NCBI GenBank assembly: GCA_045863235.1
Contig: BTUM01000104.1
Coordinates: forward strand, 1 to 25,250
Source of the DNA: Candidatus Xenobia bacterium
GTDB taxonomy: Bacteria > Vulcanimicrobiota > Xenobia > Xenobiales > QWHO01
Reading direction: 5' to 3'
DNA length: 25,250 nucleotides
The notes under the pieces were generated by a model, which saw only the letters and a program-made list of their open reading frames with translations, searched no databases and was not told the origin of the DNA. The translations under genes were made by a program, and so were the position numbers. Of the stretch, positions 15,082-21,951 are shown in pieces. Within the stretch, counting starts at the first letter, position 1; every line of letters starts with the position of its first letter.

Positions 15082-15128
15082 GCCCAACATATTGTGCTAG
15101 AAGTCCGGCCGCCTACAACATCTTGTGG
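15082..15128. promoter_or_regulatory. Tandem NrdR-box-like sites
   Basis: GCCCAACATATTGTGC (15082-15097) and CTACAACATCTTGTGG (15113-15128) both fit the core of the acaCwAtATaTwGtgt consensus. Start-to-start spacing is 31 bp. Confidence 0.45.
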
Positions 15129-15180
15129 TGGCGGAGGTTCCCTCCGACACCACATGGGGGTTTGCGGCCGGACTTCTAGC
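15096..15180. repeat. 85-bp nested palindromic element (REP/REPIN- or MITE-like)
   Basis: 17-bp perfect terminal inverted repeat GCTAGAAGTCCGGCCGC (15096-15112) / GCGGCCGGACTTCTAGC (15164-15180). Inner 12/13 stem TGTGGTGGCGGAG (15124-15136) / CTCCGACACCACA (15142-15154). Partial second copy at 4738-4792. Confidence 0.85.
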
Positions 15181-15239
15181 CGACCCCCCCCGAGAGGCAC
15201 ACCGAGGGTGCTCGGCAACCCGAGACCCTGGAGGCGGGG

Positions 15240-15902
15240 TTAGCCGACCCCCTCCTGTCGTGACTGACTGAGAAACGAGAAGCACTCCATCACGCGCTGA
15301 CCGAGGGGGCGGTGCCGGGCCAACTGCTCGGCAAACCACTGCACGGGTTGCGGCAACTTGCCGGCCAGGCAGCCGTCGATGAAGGTGAAGAGCAAGAACA
15401 GCTCCACCTCCTCCACGGCTGCCAGCAGGCGTTCGATCCCGGGGCTCGGATCGTCTTGAAAGAACAGGTAGTAGCCGTCGTCATGATGCTCCACGATGGC
15501 CAGTGCCTGGCTGTCGGTGCTGTATCTGGCCAGCAGCTGGCGGGCCAGGCGGCCGTGATGGAGGGGGTCCTCCGAGCTCACGCCTTTGCGGGCTTCTGGC
15601 TTGCAGATGTCGTGGGCGTGGACGATCAGGCGCAGGCGTGCTTCATCTCCCTCGAGCAGCCAGGGCCGGGCCCGCTTGAGATTGGCTTCCAGCTCCTCGA
15701 TGTGGGCCCCCAGGGTGCCCTCGGGGTGCCCCCAGCGCGGCACCCCCCACTCGCGGTTCGCGATGTAAACGGGATCGAGGCACAAGCGACGGAGGGCTTC
15801 CGAGGCATCGTCCATGGCCGAGTGTCGGAGCTGGAGTCGATGCTCCTGAGGTGCTGCCGGCGGCTGGCCTTCGGAGGGCTCGGGAAAATTGGGCTCCGGC
15901 AT
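15240..15902 (-). CDS. HD-domain metal-dependent phosphohydrolase
   Basis: GHPEGTLGAHI...LIVHAHDICK...HHGRLAR...IVEHHD...FIDG, i.e. the H...HD...H...HH...D pattern. Alternative start at ATG 15815 (MDDASEAL). Confidence 0.75.
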   Translation of the reverse strand: MPEPNFPEPSEGQPPAAPQEHRLQLRHSAMDDASEALRRLCLDPVYIANREWGVPRWGHPEGTLGAHIEELEANLKRARPWLLEGDEARLRLIVHAHDICKPEARKGVSSEDPLHHGRLARQLLARYSTDSQALAIVEHHDDGYYLFFQDDPSPGIERLLAAVEEVELFLLFTFIDGCLAGKLPQPVQWFAEQLARHRPLGQRVMECFSFLSQSRQEGVG

Positions 15903-15947
15903 CGCACGGGGTTTTTCTCCACCTTCTCTGTGGACCCCTGGGAGGAG

Positions 15948-16787
15948 TCAGGGCAGCGGCTCGCGTCGGGCCAGCCATTCGTCCGGCAGGTCGTCGGCCG
16001 ACAGGGCCACGATGCTCCCGGTGATGGCGCAGGTCGTGTCCCGATCGCCCTGACCGGCCAGGGTCGACCAGAAGCACTCGACGTAGCTGTCTTTATAGCG
16101 CGAGGCGCACCACAGACAGAAGGGCACCGTATCCTGGGAGGTGACCTGCTGGCCCGAGCCCAGCTCTCGAGCCGCCTCCTCCGGCGAGGCGTGGAGCTTG
16201 CGCGCCCGCTCCAGACCGTCCCGGGTCAGCCCGGGGGGCGTGTGCTCGAGCACCGGTCCGAAGAGGTCCGCCTCACCTCGGACGGCGGCTGCCGCGGCCA
16301 CCGCAACCGCCACCGCGCCGGCGATGCCCTCGGGATGGGCGTGGGTTGTCCGGGCCGAAGCCCGGGCCTGGGCCACCACCTCTTCGTAGTCCTCGGCGAA
16401 GTAGGCCCCGACCGGGGCGACCCTCATGGCTGCCCCGTTTCCGAACGAGCCCTCGCCGAACCCGAACAGGTCGCGGACGGCCGTTTCCCAGGCCATGCCT
16501 TTCCGAACCTGGTAAAACAGCAGAATCATCCCCGGGCCGTAGCCCCGATTGGGCTCAGCCTGGTAGCGCTGGGCAAATCGTTGGAAGAGGTCGTCCGGGT
16601 CCAGAGTTCCCCGCTGCTGCAGGGCCTCAACCACCGAGCAGGCCATCGCCGTATCGTCCGTGTAGGGCCACGTGCCCGGGGGAAGCTGCCGGCCGTCCAG
16701 TCGGGCCAGGGCGCCCAGCGCATCCCCCACCGACAGCCCGTCCAGGCTTCGTCGAGCGCGCGCGAGCCGAGTCAGCGGGTCAAGCAT
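15948..16787 (-). CDS. ADP-ribosylglycohydrolase (DraG/ARH family)
   Basis: GLSVGDALG, YTDDTAMA, RGYG, SFGNGAAMRVAP, TTHAH, GDRDTTCAITG. The ATG at 16787 overlaps the upstream stop (ATGCTTGA, 8 bp). Confidence 0.92.
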   Translation of the reverse strand: MLDPLTRLARARRSLDGLSVGDALGALARLDGRQLPPGTWPYTDDTAMACSVVEALQQRGTLDPDDLFQRFAQRYQAEPNRGYGPGMILLFYQVRKGMAWETAVRDLFGFGEGSFGNGAAMRVAPVGAYFAEDYEEVVAQARASARTTHAHPEGIAGAVAVAVAAAAAVRGEADLFGPVLEHTPPGLTRDGLERARKLHASPEEAARELGSGQQVTSQDTVPFCLWCASRYKDSYVECFWSTLAGQGDRDTTCAITGSIVALSADDLPDEWLARREPLP

Positions 16788-18147
16788 CTGGCCGGATTCC
16801 CCGGTTCCGCTCGCCCGTGTCCGAGCTTTGCCCCGACTGGAGAATGCTCCCGGCCACCTTGCGCCCGCTGCGGCTTGCCCCCTCGATCCAGGGTGCGTTG
16901 AGGTAGTCCCCGCACAGATAAAGCCCCCTCTCACCCTGGCCCGCCTCCTCAAACGAGCGCACCCGCGCGACCTGAGCGCAGTCATACTTGGGGATCGCCT
17001 CCGGCCAGCGCTGGATGTCATAGGGCTCGGCCAGGTGCAGGCCTGGCTCGAGCAAGACAAGCTCCTTCCGGACCAGCTCGAACACCTTCCCGTCCGAGCT
17101 GTCGCCCAGCTCCCGGGCGGCCGACTCGTGCAATCCGACATTGATCAAAGACCACCCCTCGTGGGTGGTCGTCTCGCCCTTGAGCGACTCGTTGGTGAAC
17201 TCCGAGACGACCTGGTTCTCGACGTAGGGAATGTAGAAGCAGTGGACCCGCCCCAGAGCATTGCGCGGCACGCGGAACGAGACGTTGATGGTGGCCGCGT
17301 AACGGGTGGCGCAGGTCAGCGCCCGGGCCGCCGCCGGCCCGCGGGAGAGCAAGCTGTGGGCGGCCCCGGCCGTGGTGGCCAGGATCACGTGCTGGTAAAG
17401 CTGGCTCGAGCCCGCCGTGTGGACCTTCCACCCCCCGGCGTCCGGCTCCAGTCCCGTCACCGCGCATCCCGTGTTGACCGGAACCTGGCGGGCGATGGCG
17501 TCGGGGATGGCCTGCATATCTCCCACGGTGTGCAGGATGCTGAAATCAAAGTCCCGGTCGATCATCATGCTCAGGAGCGCCACGAAGGCCGCGGCGCTCG
17601 CCTCGGTGGAGCGTGAGAACATCATGCACGAGTGGAACGCGTCCACGATGTAGTCGGCGAACTCCTGGCTGATCTCCCGCCGGGCATAACTGTAAGCGTC
17701 CTCGTGATTGAGCTCCTCGGGAGTGCTGGAGAGGTCGAAGAAGTTCAGCGCCCGCGGGTGCTTCAACCGCAGGCGAAGGACGTAGGCCATCAGCTCCAGG
17801 CGGCTCCAGAAGCGCACTCCCTGCAAGCGGAGCACGTCCCTCACCGAGCTCATGTTCATCCGGTGGAACCGCCCATCGCGGTAGACGACCTGTTGGACCG
17901 GGCTGGCGCAGCGCACGGCCACGCCCAACTCGTCCGCGAGCTGCAGGAGGCTGGTGTAAGCGCGCACCAGAAAATTGGCCCCCACGTCGAAGGCCAGGTG
18001 CTGCTTGCAGCGCGTCCCCATGCGCCCGCCGATCGTCGATTCCCGCTCGTAGACGTCCACTGACAGCCCACCCCGCTTGAGCTCGTAGGCGCAGGTCAGG
18101 CCGGCAATGCCGGCCCCGATGACGGCGCACCGGGTCGTCGAGTGCAT
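16780..18147 (-). CDS. Protoporphyrinogen-oxidase (HemY)-like / flavin amine oxidase family FAD oxidoreductase
   Basis: CAVIGAGIAGLTCAYEL...VYERESTIGGRM, FDVGANF, RWPEAIPKY, LYLCGDYL...IEGASRSG. Start placed at ATG 18147; the ORF extension to 18399 only reads through the tandem repeat. Confidence 0.8.
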   Translation of the reverse strand: MHSTTRCAVIGAGIAGLTCAYELKRGGLSVDVYERESTIGGRMGTRCKQHLAFDVGANFLVRAYTSLLQLADELGVAVRCASPVQQVVYRDGRFHRMNMSSVRDVLRLQGVRFWSRLELMAYVLRLRLKHPRALNFFDLSSTPEELNHEDAYSYARREISQEFADYIVDAFHSCMMFSRSTEASAAAFVALLSMMIDRDFDFSILHTVGDMQAIPDAIARQVPVNTGCAVTGLEPDAGGWKVHTAGSSQLYQHVILATTAGAAHSLLSRGPAAARALTCATRYAATINVSFRVPRNALGRVHCFYIPYVENQVVSEFTNESLKGETTTHEGWSLINVGLHESAARELGDSSDGKVFELVRKELVLLEPGLHLAEPYDIQRWPEAIPKYDCAQVARVRSFEEAGQGERGLYLCGDYLNAPWIEGASRSGRKVAGSILQSGQSSDTGERNRGIRPDA

Positions 18148-18200
18148 CCCCCCCGCTTCGGCACGGGTTCGGGCAGACCTAGGGCCCGGACCTTGTCGCC

Positions 18201-18372
18201 CGCGGAGCTGACCAAACTGTGCCCCCCGCGGAGCTGACACAAACTGTGCCACCCCCAGAAGTGACACATGTGCCCCCCGCGGAGCTGACCCAAGCTGTGC
18301 CACGCCCAGGACTGACGCGTGTGCCACTCGCGGAGCTGACCCAAACTGTGCCACCCCCAGAGCTGACGCAAG
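18201..18372. repeat. Imperfect tandem repeat with alternating 27/24-bp units (51-bp higher-order period)
   Basis: Units begin at 18205 (26 nt), 18231 (27), 18258 (24), 18282 (27), 18309 (24), 18333 (27) and 18360 (partial). Consensus GAGCTGACNCAAACTGTGCCACCCCCA / GxxxTGACNCRTGTGCCxCxCGCG. Confidence 0.9.
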
Positions 18373-18461
18373 ACCGGCCCCGCGAAAGTCGCAGCACAAT
18401 GCCAGACAATCTGTTGATCTTCGAGGACTTTTGCATCACTGTGCTAGAAGAGGCGCACCCC

Positions 18462-19625
18462 ATGAAGACCTACTGCCTCCAGGCCCTGGCCCGCTACTGG
18501 AGCGAGCGGCCCGAGCTGGTGGCCGCCCTGCCCATTCCCGAGGTCCCCGACTGGGAGGCCTGGCGACCCCGTCTGGCCGAGGTCGAGCTGCCCAACGGCA
18601 CGATCCTGGTGCCCGAGCAGGCCGCCCGGGCCGACTGGCGCGAGGTGGCCTGGTGGAACGTGCTGGCCTGGTATCTCACCGGCGCCGCCGAGCGCGTCCG
18701 CGAGCGGAGCCACGGCCCCATCCACTCCTACTCATGGTCGCTCAAGGGGTTCGATAAGCGCATGTGGGAGGCAGCCTGGGCCAATCGCATCGCCCTCTTC
18801 CTGCGTGGCTGGGCCGGTGGAGACCCCGGGCCTCTCCCTCAGGCCCGCTTCCACCTCACCCACGATGTCGACGCCGTGCGCAAGACCCTGGCCATCCGGT
18901 GCAAGCAGACCGCCTTCCACCTTTACAACAAGAGATTCTGGAAGGCCCTGCGCTTCTTCTTCTCCACCCCCACCTACTGGTGCTTCGAGGAGATCCAGCA
19001 GCTCGAGGAGCGCCACGACCTGCGCAGCACCTTCTTCTTCTACGGCGGTCGGGGCGGCCCGCTGCGCAGCCTGAAACTCCAGCTCTTCGACCCCGACTAC
19101 GACGTCCAGGAGCCCCGCCTGAAGGCCAAGCTGGCCGAGCTCGTGCAGGGCGGCTGGCAGGTGGGCCTGCACCAGTCCTTCGGATCCTGGCAAGACAGCG
19201 GCAAGATGCGCACCGAGCGGACCCACCTCGAGCAGGCCGCCGGCCGCCCCATCACCGCCTGCCGCCAGCACTGGCTCCGTTTCAGCTGGCAGGACACCTG
19301 GCCGGCCCAGCAGGAGGCCGGCCTGGAGCTCGACATGACGCTGGGATTCAACGACCGCCCCGGCTTTCGCACCGGCGCCGCGCTCAGCTACTGTCTGCCC
19401 GGCAAAGCCCACCGCCTCGTGCCCATGATCTTGATGGACTCGCAACTCCACGACTACCAGAGCGCCCTCGACTGGGAGCGCTGGCTGCAAGAGGTGGTGC
19501 GGGTGGGCGGCGAGGCCTCGCTGATCTGGCACCAGCAGACCTTCAGCGCCGACTATGGCTGGGGGGACGACTACCGCAGGGTGCTCGACTGGATCGCCCG
19601 CAACGGCGGCAAGAACCCGCTCTGA
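18462..19625 (+). CDS. Polysaccharide deacetylase (CE4/NodB-like family typical of glycan loci)
   Basis: HLTHDVD, LEERHDLRSTFFF, QVGLH, RQHWLR, TLGFNDRPGFRTG, VPMILMD, LIWHQ. ATG 18462 is preceded by AGAAGAGG. Confidence 0.85.
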   Translation: MKTYCLQALARYWSERPELVAALPIPEVPDWEAWRPRLAEVELPNGTILVPEQAARADWREVAWWNVLAWYLTGAAERVRERSHGPIHSYSWSLKGFDKRMWEAAWANRIALFLRGWAGGDPGPLPQARFHLTHDVDAVRKTLAIRCKQTAFHLYNKRFWKALRFFFSTPTYWCFEEIQQLEERHDLRSTFFFYGGRGGPLRSLKLQLFDPDYDVQEPRLKAKLAELVQGGWQVGLHQSFGSWQDSGKMRTERTHLEQAAGRPITACRQHWLRFSWQDTWPAQQEAGLELDMTLGFNDRPGFRTGAALSYCLPGKAHRLVPMILMDSQLHDYQSALDWERWLQEVVRVGGEASLIWHQQTFSADYGWGDDYRRVLDWIARNGGKNPL

Positions 19626-20812
19626 TCCACCTTGACCGGCCAGACGCCGTAGGCCGCCACCCAGACCGCCAGGCGGTTGATCCAGGGGATGCGCAGCGAA
19701 AGCGGCATCTGAAAGGGCTTGTTGGGGTCCAGGGCCCGCTCGATGACCTGCTTCTGGGCTACCTTCTGCAGGAACTGCAGCAGCCGGATGGGGATCTCGC
19801 GCCGCCACTGCACCTCGCGCAGGGCTCCCACCTCGACCGGCCCCTGGCGCAAACGCTTTCCGAGCACGTTGGAGACCACCGCCGCATCCTGGATGGCGCA
19901 GTTGATGCCCACCCCGCCTACACTCGACATGGTGTGGGCCGCGTCCCCGATCAAGAGAAGCCCCGGCTTGTACCAGCGCGTCAACCGGCTCGACTGCACC
20001 GAGAGCACGAACACCTGCGACCAGTCCAGCCCCGAAACCCGGTCGGCGAAGGCGGGCACGGCCTGAGCCACCGCCTGGCGCAGGTTCTCATCCCCGCGCG
20101 CTTTGAACTCCTTCGAGCTGCCTTTGGGGATCACCAGCGAGACCTGCCAGTGCGTGAACCGGTCGGTGAGCGCGGTGTAGTAGCCGCGCCCGATGCGCAC
20201 CGACAGGTTCAGGTCGGCAGGCTCGCTCTCCAGGCGAGGGAGGCTGAACCAGAGCACGTCCATGGGAGGCGAGGTCTTGACCAGCTTCAGTCCCGACAGG
20301 TGGCGCAGGCGCGAGAAGCGTCCGTCCGCCCCCACCACCAGCGAGGAGCGGTGCTCGCGGCGCTGCCCCTCGTGCTGGTAGACCACCCCCCGCACGGCTC
20401 CGCCTTCCTCGATCAGCTCGCGCACGTTGGCGCCCATCACCAGCTCGAAGTTGGGCGCCGAGCGCATCTGGTCCACCATGAAGCTCAGAAACCGCGCCTG
20501 CGAGATCACCGTGATGTAGTTGAAGCGCGAGCGCAGGAAGCTGTAGTCGGTAACCTTGAGCGGCCCCTCCTCGGTCTGGACCACGATCTTGGCGATGCGC
20601 GAGTGGGGGAGCTCGAGCAGGCGGTCGGCCAGGCCCAGCTCGGCCAGCATCTCCATCACCGAGGGCGTGAGCGTGTCGCCTCGGAACTCGCGGTCAAAGT
20701 CGGCCGCCGCCTCCAGCAGCGTGACCCGCACTCCCTGGCGCACCAGGAGGTAGGCCAGCACCACCCCGGCCGGCCCTCCGCCCACGATGCAGCACTGCGA
20801 GTTCAAAAGCAC
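19571..20812 (-). CDS. FAD-dependent monooxygenase/oxidoreductase (UbiH/2-polyprenylphenol hydroxylase-like)
   Basis: CCIVGGGPAG, DFDREFRGD, VVGADGRFSRLR, LLIGDAAHTMSSVGGVGINCAIQDA. Start GTG 20812, or TTG 20806 overlapping the radical SAM stop. The 3' end overlaps the deacetylase gene by 55 bp. Confidence 0.88.
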   Translation of the reverse strand: MLLNSQCCIVGGGPAGVVLAYLLVRQGVRVTLLEAAADFDREFRGDTLTPSVMEMLAELGLADRLLELPHSRIAKIVVQTEEGPLKVTDYSFLRSRFNYITVISQARFLSFMVDQMRSAPNFELVMGANVRELIEEGGAVRGVVYQHEGQRREHRSSLVVGADGRFSRLRHLSGLKLVKTSPPMDVLWFSLPRLESEPADLNLSVRIGRGYYTALTDRFTHWQVSLVIPKGSSKEFKARGDENLRQAVAQAVPAFADRVSGLDWSQVFVLSVQSSRLTRWYKPGLLLIGDAAHTMSSVGGVGINCAIQDAAVVSNVLGKRLRQGPVEVGALREVQWRREIPIRLLQFLQKVAQKQVIERALDPNKPFQMPLSLRIPWINRLAVWVAAYGVWPVKVDQSGFLPPLRAIQSSTLR

Positions 20813-21951
20813 TGATCGCACCGTGTGCAGGCCGGGAACCGCTTGTGCTTTCGCAGGTCCTGGCGCCAGGCCCGCATCTTCTCCCCGTTCCAGATCTCCA
20901 TGAACGGCTGCTCGTTGATGTTCCCGAAGGGGATGTAGTAGCAGCGGGTATAGGGGATCACGTCCCCGTTGGCGATGATCTGGCCGATGAACCAGCTCAC
21001 CATGCAGCGCTGGCTGCTCAAGAAGCGCTGCGGCTGGTAGTGGAAAATCTCCAGCTCCTCTCGGCTCAGCTCGGGCAGCACGGCCACGCGCTTGTCCCCG
21101 CGCGCCTTCAGCTCGGCGAGCTGGGCACAGAGCACGTCCACCTTGACCCGGTCCGGGCTGGTCTCCTCGTTGAGGCAGTTGACCGTGGCCTTGTAGCGAT
21201 CGCCCCAGATGGCGTTGTGCACCCCGGCCATGTCGCGGGTCACGTAGTTCATGTAGGAGAAGTTCACCCGGTCCACCGGCAGGTCGCCCAGGCAGTCCAT
21301 GAAGGCCACCAGCTGGTCGTAGTTGGAGTTGGTGATGGTGAAGTTGATCAGCACCTCGATGGAGCTGTTGCGCTTGCGGGCCTCCTCCTTGACCAGGCGG
21401 ATCCCCTCGGCCGAGCGCTCGAAGCTGTCCTTGCGGCCGCGGATCTCGTTGTGCAGGGCGGGTGGCCCGTCGATGCTCACGTTGAGCCGGGTCAGCCCGG
21501 CCTCCACCAGCTCCTCGGCCCGCCTGGCCAGGGTGTAGGCTCCCGTGGTGATGGCGATGTCCAGGTTGCGCTCGCGGCAGTGGCGGATGGCGTCCCCCAG
21601 CGGCTTGTAGAGCAGCGGCTCGGTGGAGGTGATCGAGATCATCGGCTTGGAGGCTGCCACCTCGTCGATCACCGCCTTGAACCGCCCGATGTCGATGTCG
21701 GTGCGCTGTCCGTTGATGCGCAGGTTCTTGAAGAAGTTGGAGTCCGGGTTGGGCGTGCCCACGTCGCACATCTTGCAGTGCAGGTTGCAGACGCTGTTCA
21801 CGCTCCAGTAGAGCGTCAGCGGCGGACGCGCGTAGCCCTTCTGGGAGGTCAGGAAGGGCAGCCCCTGCCACATCAGCCGGGGCAGGTTCAGGTGCTTGTC
21901 CATCCCCGGGTGCTGCGACACCGTCAGGGCTTTGTGCAGTTCAGCCAACAT
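20803..21951 (-). CDS. Radical SAM protein with C-terminal SPASM/twitch domain
   Basis: CNLHCKMC (CxxxCxxC, 21766-21789), VSIDG...HNEIRG...SFER, and C-terminal C...IIANGDVIPYTRC...FGNI...IWNG...CTRCDQC. Alternative start at 21903. Confidence 0.92.
   Translation of the reverse strand: MLAELHKALTVSQHPGMDKHLNLPRLMWQGLPFLTSQKGYARPPLTLYWSVNSVCNLHCKMCDVGTPNPDSNFFKNLRINGQRTDIDIGRFKAVIDEVAASKPMISITSTEPLLYKPLGDAIRHCRERNLDIAITTGAYTLARRAEELVEAGLTRLNVSIDGPPALHNEIRGRKDSFERSAEGIRLVKEEARKRNSSIEVLINFTITNSNYDQLVAFMDCLGDLPVDRVNFSYMNYVTRDMAGVHNAIWGDRYKATVNCLNEETSPDRVKVDVLCAQLAELKARGDKRVAVLPELSREELEIFHYQPQRFLSSQRCMVSWFIGQIIANGDVIPYTRCYYIPFGNINEQPFMEIWNGEKMRAWRQDLRKHKRFPACTRCDQCF

Noticed and set aside
15096..15180. 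tRNA or integron attC site
   Set aside because: It folds as one long hairpin with no cloverleaf or T-loop motif, lacks RYYYAAC/GTTRRRY ends, and no integrase is in the window.
18236..18351. Sigma-54 promoters from TGGCAC on the minus strand of the repeat units
   Set aside because: The -12 TTGC element is missing at the required spacing (the sequence reads TGGCACAGTTTGTGT or TGGCACAGTTTGGGT).
18201..18372. CRISPR array
   Set aside because: Units abut directly with no unique spacers, are degenerate and vary in length, and no cas genes are present.
18148..18399. N-terminal extension of the HemY-like oxidase
   Set aside because: It only reads through the tandem repeat on the minus strand. The FAD-binding motif begins right after ATG 18147.
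20813..21871. 766-aa ORF 19571-21871 as a fusion protein
   Set aside because: The N-terminal 353 codons are an alternate frame over the radical SAM gene. Monooxygenase similarity starts at about 20812.
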